From the NCBI GenBank assembly GCA_031362565.1, contig JANLSU010000123.1, positions 1 to 52,150 on the forward strand: a DNA stretch of 52,150 bases, in the 5' to 3' direction. The position numbers and the translations under genes are program-made. The DNA comes from a bacterium. Its GTDB lineage: Bacteria; Krumholzibacteriota; Krumholzibacteriia; G020349025. Below, piece after piece: positions 30,001 to 38,077 of this stretch (within the stretch, counting starts at the first letter, position 1; each line of letters opens with the position of its first letter). The notes below the pieces were generated by a model. That model was not told where the DNA came from, did no database searches, and saw nothing but the letters and a program-made list of their open reading frames with translations.

Positions 30001-30487
30001 GAAGGCCAAGCTGGACGAAGCGGCGGCTATCTTCGAGGCGATCGGAGCAGCCGACGAAAGCATCCACGCCCTCGTCGCGCGCGCTCGCCTGGCAGTGGGG
30101 ACTGGCGAGCACGGCACGGCTGTCGAACTGGCACACGATGCGATTGGACAAGCAGAAGCGGTAGGGATCTATCTTGCCCGGGTCGGCGCCAAGGCGGTCC
30201 TTTGTGAGGCCGCGCTTGGAGTGGATCCAGGGGCAGCGGCGCAGCTCGCGACCGAATTGCTCAACGAGGTCTTGCCGGCCGGGCTGCGTGAAACCGCCTG
30301 GCAACTTCAACATGTACTCGCGCGGAGCGCGATGCAGCAGCACGACTGCGCAGGGGCCAAGGCCTACTATCAACAGGCTCTCGTGCTCCTGCAGGCGATC
30401 GCCACGGAACTTCCAGCCGAGCTCGCGAACAGCTACTTGGATCGCCCCGATACGCGCCGCCTTCTCGACGAATTCTCGAGTCTTTAG
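27002..30487 (+). CDS. Ser/Thr protein kinase - AAA/STAND ATPase - TPR protein
   Basis: IGKGQGGVVY, VAIK, HGDVKTEN, DFG, APE, SDLYALG. Walker A GPPGIGKT, Walker B VLILDD. C-terminal helical TPR-like repeats. GGAGG RBS before GTG 27002. Confidence 0.85.
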   Translation: MESGQVLAGRYLVQNRIGKGQGGVVYACLDTQTNTRVAIKTHATQRPGMFDIERTALRALEHPHLLRMLDAGIDGTTTFVVSELASGGSLEDLAKPLPPEMLRTLAEQLLQALGFLHGQEILHGDVKTENILIASLERPVFKLGDFGLARRTKDAALGLLGASPAFMAPELIRGSIADERSDLYALGITLYECAFGVLPFVDTNPKALQMRHLTEEPPHFAAAHDLPSRFIELLRKLLAKEPAARPSNALEALAYWRGEESAVPQWVPQRLGVLIGREPELSVLEQAAAEPFAVVAIGGPPGIGKTRLLQELALRRELRGTPSFWWGPDGLSGKFGASSLLEERPVQTATLDSTTDRVKEMALQRAAALAERLGTGPWVLILDDIDSAPAWFHDAAGSFVRGAASDDGTGRLVCVSGRDQALELTRSWLEAGELESPREVRLEAWGDEDLHGALSALFGARAVDAALVAAVREASGGVPSDVEAAAQQLVAKQLLRVDPAGAITVAPDIRPDQLIGSARTWIAAALESRTAAERKLLNALAFLRSPASMAFLERLDENPAAKLTALVRHGLVSAQTIEDVQYYAVVSAAVRAAITKQIATEALRKGHDRIADVLDAHPNLAPSEDTDFHRASGSDLKRAYVAVETLASRARPEIVADLCGTLLDAWPAAHDPASRVRVILWQLEALRHLGALDAVVRLGEAALPSATDPEIAQAIRNRVAEALLCRAESERALELLAVVSPGPLAADASALRARAFSNLGLHARAATICETTLRAISPENPAYDAIVEAWALSLTDLGRARDAEDPVRDLVRRREPGGPSLAVATHVTTLGNVVFYQGRFREAETVFLRAHSMLVALGDRLGLVRVLNGLAASTAELGRFTEARKRLLEAIHLCRRLGDPAALAYSHTNLAHFSLPLARYAEGLQHAASGEQLAERLNDLPNLIGARKGRAWIWARLGQDERAEQDARWVLGQSPGGIDAGHALMTLFEVALNRETLDVAKAKLDEAAAIFEAIGAADESIHALVARARLAVGTGEHGTAVELAHDAIGQAEAVGIYLARVGAKAVLCEAALGVDPGAAAQLATELLNEVLPAGLRETAWQLQHVLARSAMQQHDCAGAKAYYQQALVLLQAIATELPAELANSYLDRPDTRRLLDEFSSL

Positions 30488-30579
30488 GGACGCTGGACCC
30501 AAACGACGACGCAGTGCGGGAGGCGCGGGCGCTCATCGCCGCGCGACTCCGGCACTGCGCGTCAACTGCCAGAAGACCC

Positions 30580-31032
30580 TCAGCGAAGAATCCACCGAGA
30601 GAAGTGGCTGATATCGGAGCTCACGACGTCGCCGTCGTGGCTTGTCGTTTGATCGACCCATTGGCTTGTGGAGGGGTTCCACCAGGCAACAGTCATTGCC
30701 GCGGGATTCGACTCGCTCGACGCGTCGAAGGCGAGCGTGGCGGACATCGCGAACTGTGTGCCCTCGGGGCCGAGACGTACCGGCCATTGACCGCACGTCT
30801 CTTGATCCATCGTCAGGTGCGCGGTATACGACAGCGCCCCCGCCGGTACTGTTAGCGTGTACGGCCCACAATTCAGCATGCCGCCGTCGGGGCCGATGTC
30901 GGCACCGTCGCTCAAGCACGACTGTTCGTTCTTTTGTTGAACGGCCGTGGGCTGCGTCTGGTACGAACTGCAGCCGACGAACGCCAACCCCAGCACCACG
31001 CCCACCCACAAGCCGACATGGCGGCGTGACAT
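30580..31032 (-). CDS. Small lipoprotein with ZU5-like domain ending in an HFS motif
   Basis: GGGAGG RBS. Lipobox FVG-C. IGPDGG...LTVPAGAL...LGPEGTQF...ISHFSRW. Confidence 0.65.
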   Translation of the reverse strand: MSRRHVGLWVGVVLGLAFVGCSSYQTQPTAVQQKNEQSCLSDGADIGPDGGMLNCGPYTLTVPAGALSYTAHLTMDQETCGQWPVRLGPEGTQFAMSATLAFDASSESNPAAMTVAWWNPSTSQWVDQTTSHDGDVVSSDISHFSRWILR

Positions 31033-31088
31033 GATTTAGGAACCTCCCTGTTACGCTGGTGACCCTAGGCCCAGCTGTTGTCTCGTAG

Positions 31089-31104
31089 GGCAAGCGCGGT
31101 GCCG
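31089..31104 (-). promoter_or_regulatory. Candidate sigma54 -24/-12 promoter
   Basis: Minus strand CGGCACC-GCGC-TTGCC (GG-N10-GC), about 57 nt upstream of ATG 31032. Confidence 0.45.
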
Positions 31105-31341
31105 GTGGCGCGTGGAGTCCGGACAAGGTGCCGTGGGGTGTGGAAGGGAGGCGAGTGACGCGGCCCGGTCACGCATTCCGCACGCGCCAGCGGCAAACTG
31201 ACCTGACACGCCGGTTGCCGGAGCACACACGGCACGCGAAGAAGCGATCCGGCACTACGCGCCCGCTTGAGTGCGTTCGCGATATTCGCAGGGCACGCCG
31301 CGCGGCACCGCAATCCGGCGCCCGTGTTACGATCTCGAGCG

Positions 31342-32172
31342 ATGGACACTTCCGCTTGGCGGCACGCGCCGCTTGCCGACGTCGTGACCGACGGCCACCT
31401 CTCGTGTTCGCTCGAGGAAGCGGCGCTCGTGCTTGCGAGGCAGGAGTACCCGAATCTCGATCCGGCGCCGTGGCTGGCGCGTCTCGATGCCATGGCCGCC
31501 CTCGCGCGACCCATGCTCTCGGAACAACCGGATGCCCCCGAGATCATTGGGGTCGTGAACGACGTTCTGTTCCGCGACCTGCAGTTCCACGGCAATGCGC
31601 GCCGTTACCTGGACCCGCGCAACAGCTACTTGAATGATGTGCTCGAGCGCCGCACCGGAATCCCCATCTCCCTGTGCGTGGTGTACGCGGCGGTCGCCCG
31701 CCGGGTTGGACTCGACCTGCATGGGACCGGATTCCCAGGTCATTTTCTGCTCGTCCACCCCCGGCCCGGTTGGCCGGTGGTGATCGATGCATTTGGCCAA
31801 GGACAGGTGTTGGCGCAGCAGGATTGCGAGCGCCTGTTGGAACACCAGGGCCGGACTTGGGATGAGCGCGTGCTGGCGCCCGTGCCACCGCTCGCGGTTC
31901 TGCGGCGCATGCTCGAGAACTTGAAGAACATCTATCTCGAGAAGCAGGATTGGCCGCGGCTGTTACGTACGTCGGCTCAAATCGCCGTGGTGCGCCCCGA
32001 CGAGGCCGACCAGCACTTCATCCAAGGGGTGGCATTGGCCGCGCTCGGCAACGGGGTCGAGGCGATCGCGGCGCTCGAGCAGTTTCTGACGCGCAAACCC
32101 GACGCGTCGAATCGCGATCATGTTTTGGATCTGTTGTCGGAGTTGCGGCGCGCCGCGGATGCGCCGGGGTAA
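31342..32172 (+). CDS. SirB1/YchA-like transglutaminase-like + TPR protein
   Basis: FHGN...YLDPRNSYLNDVLERRTGIPISL, GFPGHFL, IDAF, RMLENLKNIY. C-terminal TPR. Confidence 0.85.
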   Translation: MDTSAWRHAPLADVVTDGHLSCSLEEAALVLARQEYPNLDPAPWLARLDAMAALARPMLSEQPDAPEIIGVVNDVLFRDLQFHGNARRYLDPRNSYLNDVLERRTGIPISLCVVYAAVARRVGLDLHGTGFPGHFLLVHPRPGWPVVIDAFGQGQVLAQQDCERLLEHQGRTWDERVLAPVPPLAVLRRMLENLKNIYLEKQDWPRLLRTSAQIAVVRPDEADQHFIQGVALAALGNGVEAIAALEQFLTRKPDASNRDHVLDLLSELRRAADAPG

Positions 32173-32178
32173 GGGCGG

Positions 32179-33651
32179 TCAGAACGTAATTTCGAAACGC
32201 GCCCCGTGCTGCAGCGCACTCTGCACGTGAATGGCACCGCCCAGCGCTTCGACCGCAGCCTTGGCGAGTGCGAGGCCAAGTCCAACGCCGCGCACCTGTC
32301 CCGTAAAGTCAGCGTCCACTTGATAGAACTGCTCGAAGATGCGCTCGATCTGCTCGGGCGGGATGCCCGGGCCATCGTCACTCACGACGATCCGCCGCGC
32401 TTCACCCTCTTGGTGCATTTCGACCCGCACGGTCACCTTCGGGCCGCCGAACTTGGCGGCGTTGCGGACCATTTCTCCCAGGACTTCGACGAAAAGGGCG
32501 CCGTCCACGAACAAATCGCCGTCGCCGTGGCGTTCCACGACGAGCTTCTGTTCATCGGACAGAACGTTGCGGACTTGCACCCGCAGCGCCATCTCGAGTT
32601 CGGCGAACGACAACCGCACTCGGTTCAGTGCGTGTAGCCGTTTGGTCCACTCGAGGTACGACAGCATGCCTTCGAGCAATCCGCGCAGATCGTCCGAAGC
32701 GCTCAGCATCGCCTGCAAGGCGTCGCGTTGCGCTTCTGAGAGAGTCCCGCACTCACCGTCGCTCAAGAGCTTCGTCCACAGCGAAATGACCGTGAGCGGC
32801 GTACGGAACTTGTGGCTCACCAGCGAAAGCACGTCGTGCTGCAGTTTGTGTTCGAGCGTCTCGCGGGTGACATCGCGCAACGACAACACGGCGCCGGTCG
32901 TACCGCCATCCACATCCACGACCGGACACAGGCGGGCGGCCAGAAAAAGCGGTGGTTCGGCGCGGTCGGCGACGAAATCGAGGTCCCGCCCGTCACGCAC
33001 TGCATCCGCCAAACCCTCGGGCACGCCTTGCAACGTGCCCCAGATGCTCTGCAACGCGCGCCCTACAGCGTCGGTACCCAAACCAAGCAGACGGCGCGCC
33101 GCGTAGTTCGCCTCCCGCAGCACCGCATCCGCACCCAGGATCAAGAACCCGTCGCTCACATCCGCGAGAATCAGCTCGAGTTTCTGCCGCTCGTCGACCT
33201 GCCGGCGGTGGTATGCCAACCGCAGCGACGTGCGCACGCGCGCCAGCAGTTCGTGACGGTTCACAGGCTTTGCCAGATAGTCATCGGCGCCCGACTCGAG
33301 ACCCCGAACTCGGTGCTCGAGATCTCCGAGCGCGGTCACCATGACGATCGGGATCAGGCGCGTTTCGGGATGGGCGCGCAACTGGCGCGTCACCTCGAAC
33401 CCGTCCATGCCAGGCATGTTGACGTCGAGCAGCACGAGGTCCGGGCGGTGTTTTTGCGCCGCTTCCAGCGCATCGGGGCCCGAGTAGGCTTGTTCCACTT
33501 GGAAACCGTGTGGGGCGAGCATCGCTTCGAGCAATTCGCAGTTCACCGCATGGTCGTCGACGACGAGAATACGGGCCCGCCCGATGCCGGCTTCCACGGC
33601 ATCGACATTCGAATCGCCGATGTGAGTCTCGCCTCTGGTGCGGGCCGTCAT
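32179..33651 (-). CDS. Hybrid receiver-PAS-histidine kinase (atypical H-box)
   Basis: REC ILVVDD...LLDVNMP...ADDYLAKP, PAS-like segment, H-box SHKFRTPLT, NAAKF, DDGPGI, GVGLGL. ATG overlaps the upstream stop. Confidence 0.85.
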   Translation of the reverse strand: MTARTRGETHIGDSNVDAVEAGIGRARILVVDDHAVNCELLEAMLAPHGFQVEQAYSGPDALEAAQKHRPDLVLLDVNMPGMDGFEVTRQLRAHPETRLIPIVMVTALGDLEHRVRGLESGADDYLAKPVNRHELLARVRTSLRLAYHRRQVDERQKLELILADVSDGFLILGADAVLREANYAARRLLGLGTDAVGRALQSIWGTLQGVPEGLADAVRDGRDLDFVADRAEPPLFLAARLCPVVDVDGGTTGAVLSLRDVTRETLEHKLQHDVLSLVSHKFRTPLTVISLWTKLLSDGECGTLSEAQRDALQAMLSASDDLRGLLEGMLSYLEWTKRLHALNRVRLSFAELEMALRVQVRNVLSDEQKLVVERHGDGDLFVDGALFVEVLGEMVRNAAKFGGPKVTVRVEMHQEGEARRIVVSDDGPGIPPEQIERIFEQFYQVDADFTGQVRGVGLGLALAKAAVEALGGAIHVQSALQHGARFEITF

Positions 33652-34061
33652 GAAGTCTGCCGATCGGCAACGGCACTGCGGGCCCGCGCTACGACGCCGC
33701 GGACCAATGCCGGCAATTCCCGTGTATCGACGGGCTTCGACACGTGCAGGACGCATCCCGCCTCGAGACAGCGGGCTTCGTCTTCCTTTTTGACGTGGGC
33801 GGTGACCGCGACGACGGGAATCGCAACGGTTGCAGCATCGGCGCGCAGCATCCGCGTCGCTTCGAGCCCGTCCGTTTCGGGCAACTGCACGTCCATCAGA
33901 ATGACGTCCGGATGCAAGCGGCGGGCGAGCTGCAGCCCGGTTTTGGCGTCGTCGGCGCAGTGCGTCTCGAATCCAGCGCCTTCGAGCACCGCTTGCAGCA
34001 GTTCGCGATTCAAGGCGTCGTCTTCGATAATAAGGACGCGATCACGGCGCGGGCCGCTCAT
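33648..34061 (-). CDS. Single-domain response regulator (DivK/CheY-like)
   Basis: LIIEDD, ILMDVQLPETDG, IPVVAVTA, SKP. Confidence 0.88.
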   Translation of the reverse strand: MSGPRRDRVLIIEDDALNRELLQAVLEGAGFETHCADDAKTGLQLARRLHPDVILMDVQLPETDGLEATRMLRADAATVAIPVVAVTAHVKKEDEARCLEAGCVLHVSKPVDTRELPALVRGVVARARSAVADRQTS

Positions 34062-36040
34062 GTGCCGGCCTCCTTGGGGCGCCGTTTTTTGCGTGCGGCG
34101 CGCAGCGCCGGCGCCTGCACCGGCGCTTCAGGGCTGGCGGCTTCGACCACAACGGTGTCGTCCGGAGCATCGAGCGCGTGCGCCGTGCCGAACGCCCAAC
34201 CACTCACACCCGAAGGGAGTTCGGAGCCCAGGGCGACGGGCTCGTTCCCCCACGGCCATACCGCGCTGGCCGCAGTACGCTCGCCACCGCTGCGTGCCGC
34301 GGGCGCACTGAAGTGGCCCGCCGCCAAGGTGCCGGGAGCGGCCCCGTGGTCGAGTGAGCGCAGGTCGGCGTGCGGATCATGGTGGCGTTCGGCGTCGTCG
34401 TCGGTGCTTTCGAAAGGCACCCAGAATCGGAACGTGCTGCCCTCACCCGGGGCGCTTTGCAACCAGATATCGCCGCCCAGGAGCGTCACCAATTTGCGGG
34501 TCAGCGCCAGACCGAGCCCGGTGCCTTCTTGGCGGCGCGCGTAGGTTGCATCTACTTGCTGGAACGATTGGAAGATCTTGTCCTGATCTTCGGCCGCAAT
34601 GCCGATGCCGGTGTCGTGAACCTCGACCAGCAGCACCCGGCGCGGCACGATGGCGAGCTTGCGTTCGGGGGCGAGCGTGCTCGTCGCCGTGTGCTCGCGC
34701 AGCACCCGTCCGTCGAGGCAATGAATCTGAAAGTCGACCGTGCCGCCCGCCGGCGTGAACTTGACGGCGTTCGACAGCAGATTCAGCAGCACCTGTCGGA
34801 ACAGCTTGGGGTCGGTGATCGGCGTGACCGGCGGCACCGCTCCAAGACGCACATCGAGCCCCTTCTTGGCGGCCAGGTTGCGAACTTGCGATTGAATTTC
34901 CTCGGCCGTTTGGCGCAGATCGAACGGTTCCGGCGCCACCTTCATCCGCCCGGCTTCCACCTTCGACATGTCGAGAATGTCGTTGATGAGCGACAGCAAG
35001 TGGCGGCCGCTGGCGAGAATGTTTTCCGAGTAGCGCGATTGCTTCGGATTGAGCGGCCCGAAGGTCTGATCCAGGAGCACTTCCGAAAAGCCGAGAATCA
35101 CATTGAGCGGGGTGCGAAGTTCATGCGACATGACCGCCAAAAACTCGCTCTTCATGCGGCTCGACTTGGCGAGCTCGCCGTTCGACTGCTGCAACGCCCG
35201 GTTGGCTTCTTCCAGGTGTTCGGCGTTCGAACGCAGCGACGCGAGATAGCTCTCGGCGAGTTCACGCGACCGTTGAATCTCGTCCGCCATCTGGTTGTAC
35301 GAACCGGCGAGACGCCCGAACTCGTCGCCGGACCGCACTTCGAGGCGCAGGCCGAAATCGCCGCGCGCGACGCGCCGGTTGCCTTCCATCAACTGCGACA
35401 GCGGCCGGGTCAAGACGTGGATGACCAGCGCGCCCACCACACTGCCTGCGAGCGCGATCAGAATTCCGAGCAACCCCGCAAGCACGCGCACGTGCGCGAT
35501 GCGATTCTGTGCCGGCACTGTCGTAAGCCCAACACGCACCCGGCCAAGCTCGACGCGATCGGCGTTGCGGCGCGAAGCAAGGATGTCCGCTTCTCCCCCG
35601 CCGTCGTCGCCTTCCACCGTCACGTCGGTCTGCACGTCGACGAATTCGCGGCCGTCCGCGGTCGCCACCCAGGACGAACGGGCACCGCTCGGGTGTTCGA
35701 CAACGTAGCGCACACGGGCGATGTCGAGCGGTTGCGAACCGCCTTCACCCTCGCGCAGCAGATCCTGGCCGCTGCTGTTCGTGAATTGCACGTAGCTCAC
35801 CTCGGCCTGCTTGAACAGGCCTTGGGCGAGGCGGCGCAATGACGTTTGGTTCTCGGCGGCCAGCGGCAGTTGGCAGTTGTAGGACAGGTTCTCGGTCAGC
35901 GCGACGGCGCGGGCCAGCAGTTCTTCGCGAATGATCGCTTCCTGTTGCTGCGTCAGGAACGCCGTAATGATGATCGACACGGCCAGCATCATGACGCCGG
36001 CCGCGATCGCGAACTTCGCCTTCAGATTCAGAGGCTTCAT
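34058..36040 (-). CDS. Membrane sensor histidine kinase (2 TM, HAMP, HisKA, HATPase)
   Basis: Two TMs, HAMP (DEFGRLAGSYNQM), KSEFLAVMSHELRTPLN, NLLSNAVKFT, DTGIGI, GTGLGL, low-complexity C-terminal tail. Start refined to ATG 36040. Confidence 0.88.
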   Translation of the reverse strand: MKPLNLKAKFAIAAGVMMLAVSIIITAFLTQQQEAIIREELLARAVALTENLSYNCQLPLAAENQTSLRRLAQGLFKQAEVSYVQFTNSSGQDLLREGEGGSQPLDIARVRYVVEHPSGARSSWVATADGREFVDVQTDVTVEGDDGGGEADILASRRNADRVELGRVRVGLTTVPAQNRIAHVRVLAGLLGILIALAGSVVGALVIHVLTRPLSQLMEGNRRVARGDFGLRLEVRSGDEFGRLAGSYNQMADEIQRSRELAESYLASLRSNAEHLEEANRALQQSNGELAKSSRMKSEFLAVMSHELRTPLNVILGFSEVLLDQTFGPLNPKQSRYSENILASGRHLLSLINDILDMSKVEAGRMKVAPEPFDLRQTAEEIQSQVRNLAAKKGLDVRLGAVPPVTPITDPKLFRQVLLNLLSNAVKFTPAGGTVDFQIHCLDGRVLREHTATSTLAPERKLAIVPRRVLLVEVHDTGIGIAAEDQDKIFQSFQQVDATYARRQEGTGLGLALTRKLVTLLGGDIWLQSAPGEGSTFRFWVPFESTDDDAERHHDPHADLRSLDHGAAPGTLAAGHFSAPAARSGGERTAASAVWPWGNEPVALGSELPSGVSGWAFGTAHALDAPDDTVVVEAASPEAPVQAPALRAARKKRRPKEAGT

Positions 36041-36107
36041 CGGCAGCAATCGCACCCGCGCACCGGCTGGGGCGCGCCCGGGCGCATCCTTTCTTCTGGC
36101 TCCATTG

Positions 36108-36123
36108 TGCAACCGGCGTTCCA
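36108..36123 (-). promoter_or_regulatory. Candidate sigma54 -24/-12 promoter for the two-component operon
   Basis: Minus strand TGGAACG-CCGG-TTGCA, one mismatch to consensus, about 68 nt upstream of ATG 36040. Confidence 0.55.
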
Positions 36124-36359
36124 CGCCGCGGCCCAATCGCCCCGCGTCCCGCCTAGGTTCCAGGTGTGACTCCGCATTCCGAACTGGCTGTCGGGCGCCG
36201 CCCTGGCCGGAACCCGACCGTGCATGACCGCCGCGGTTCAAAGCCCGATCGGGCCTGTCCCCACCGGTGCACGCCCCGCCTTCGATCGGGCCGCAACGGA
36301 ATCGGGTATTTGCCGGGAACGCCTTGCTGCCGTTAGAGTTCGAACCAGGCCCGTCGAGG

Positions 36360-36375
36360 TGGCACAAGGAGTGCT
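36360..36375 (+). promoter_or_regulatory. Candidate sigma54 -24/-12 promoter
   Basis: TGGCACA-AGGA-GTGCT (GG-N10-GC), about 70 nt upstream of ATG 36445. Confidence 0.4.
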
Positions 36376-36444
36376 GTGGAGTCTGGAGCGAATACGCTGC
36401 GCTGTGCCGTCCCGCACACCGCTCGTCCACGGGAGGTTTGGGTC

Positions 36445-37005
36445 ATGAAACGTCTCGCCTACATCACGGTGCTCGCCGTCGTCGCACTGAGCGTTGCCGC
36501 ACCGGCGTTCGCGGCTCGCGCCCGCGTCCGCCGCGGCCCGCACGGCCGTGCGGTCGTCGTCGTCCACCGCGGATTTCCGCTGCGCCGCACGCTACCGGTC
36601 GTCGTTGTCCGTCCGGCGCGGGTCGCCGTGCGGGTCGTACCGCGCCTGTTTCTCGCACCCGTGGTCTGGACCGCGGTGGTCGTTGCCGCCGATGCGCCGG
36701 CCGTGAAACCGGTGTGGGAAGACTCGGAAACGCTGTCGAAGAGCGACGATTGGACCGAGTTCTCGCTCGAGGCCGATCAGCGCGGTTCGAAGCTTTTCCT
36801 GCAGATCGACGGCCGGGCGCAAATCGACTTCGCCGAAGTCGTCTTCGAGAATGGTGACACGCAAGTGGTCGACTTCGAAACGAAGACGCACGGCAGCGGG
36901 TTGTATTCGCTGCTCGACTTCAAGGATGGACGCAAGGTCGACCACGTACGCGTCGTAGCGCGCGCCGAGAGTGACGAAGCCAAGGTCGTGTTGCGCTTGT
37001 CGTGA
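36445..37005 (+). CDS. Secreted hypothetical protein: Arg/Val-rich N-terminal segment plus beta-sandwich domain
   Basis: GGGAGG RBS, signal peptide ending PAFA, acidic beta-rich C-domain (EVVFENGDTQVVDF). Confidence 0.7.
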   Translation: MKRLAYITVLAVVALSVAAPAFAARARVRRGPHGRAVVVVHRGFPLRRTLPVVVVRPARVAVRVVPRLFLAPVVWTAVVVAADAPAVKPVWEDSETLSKSDDWTEFSLEADQRGSKLFLQIDGRAQIDFAEVVFENGDTQVVDFETKTHGSGLYSLLDFKDGRKVDHVRVVARAESDEAKVVLRLS

Positions 37006-37062
37006 AGCGCGGCCGCTTGGTTGCGGCGGCGCGACACTCAACGGATGCCACTGCCAGTTGAA

Positions 37063-37100
37063 CGCGGCACCGGTTCACCCGACCGGTGCCGCGCCGCTTT
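37063..37100 (+). terminator. Hairpin, probable terminator
   Basis: Perfect 12-bp stem CGCGGCACCGGT/ACCGGTGCCGCG; weak U-tract. Confidence 0.4.
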
Positions 37101-37117
37101 CCATACAGCGCCGCGCC

Positions 37118-37146
37118 TTGACGCGCCGGGCTTGGACTCCTAGGGT
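37118..37146 (+). promoter_or_regulatory. Candidate sigma70 promoter of the hem operon
   Basis: TTGACG-N17-TAGGGT. Confidence 0.35.
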
Positions 37147-37240
37147 CGAAGGGACTCGGCTCGGCCCTTGCGAGCCTTTTCCCAAGGTGCCAGGCCACCT
37201 TCTTCGCGCCAGCACCCTTTTTACGGAAGAAGGGCCGTGA

Positions 37241-38065
37241 ATGTTCTGGGATATCCGGCTCCTCGCGACCCTGCTGCCGATCCTGTACGCGGTGACGAGC
37301 CTGGCCTACGCGCTGGTCTTTTTTCGCAACGACGATCTCGCCCGCCGCGTCGCGCCGCGCGCCCTGCTCGTGACCCTCGCGCTGCATGTCGTGGACATGA
37401 CGCTGCTTGCGGTGCACTTGCAGCGCGTGCCCATTGCCACCAGCTTCGAGTCCTTGTCGGCCCTGGCGCTCGCATTGGGCATTGTCTACGTCGTGCAGGA
37501 GCGCCGCTCGGGCACGCCGTATACCGGCATCATCTTCGTGCCGCTGGTTTTCTTGTGCCAAACATTCGCCTCGGCGTTCATGAATCCCAATGTCGAAGTG
37601 AAGCCAGTGCTGCAAAGCCCGCTCTTCGGCGTGCACATTGCGGCAGCGCTGCTCGGGTATTCGGCGTTCGCGGTGTCGGCGATTTTTGGGCTCCTGTATG
37701 TGCTCTTGTATCACAACCTGAAAGCGCATCGGTTCGGCATCGTCTATGAACGCCTGCCGTCGCTCGAGGTGCTTTCGGCCATGAATCTGCGCGCCGCGGC
37801 CTTCGGACTCGGCTGTCTGTCGGTGGCGATCGGCGTTGGCGCCCTCTGGTCGCTGCAGGTCTACCCGCAGTTCTGGCGTGACCCGAAGGTGTGGCTGAGC
37901 GTGTTGGCATGGTTCATCTATGCCATCTGCCTTCTGGTGCGCTATGTGGCCGGATGGCGTGGACCGCGCATCGCTTATTTCACCATCGCCGGCTTCTTGC
38001 TGGTGGTCTTTTCGATGCTGGCGGCGAACCGGTTGTTCCATTCGTTTCATGATTTTCGGATGTAA
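37241..38065 (+). CDS. CcsA/HemX-like cytochrome c assembly family membrane protein
   Basis: Multiple TMs, conserved His (VHI), LPSLE, WRDPK...W, C-terminal FH. Directly upstream of hemA. Confidence 0.8.
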   Translation: MFWDIRLLATLLPILYAVTSLAYALVFFRNDDLARRVAPRALLVTLALHVVDMTLLAVHLQRVPIATSFESLSALALALGIVYVVQERRSGTPYTGIIFVPLVFLCQTFASAFMNPNVEVKPVLQSPLFGVHIAAALLGYSAFAVSAIFGLLYVLLYHNLKAHRFGIVYERLPSLEVLSAMNLRAAAFGLGCLSVAIGVGALWSLQVYPQFWRDPKVWLSVLAWFIYAICLLVRYVAGWRGPRIAYFTIAGFLLVVFSMLAANRLFHSFHDFRM

Positions 38066-38077
38066 CGGAAGCACAGC

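Noticed and set aside
36037..36225. 62-aa ORF ending CDCCR that overlaps the kinase start
   Set aside because: No RBS, and it spans the better-supported sigma54-like promoter. Probably spurious.
37241..38065. Complete system II cytochrome c maturation locus
   Set aside because: No ccsB/resB partner nearby. A ccsA/hemX-like gene before hemA is a common, ordinary arrangement.
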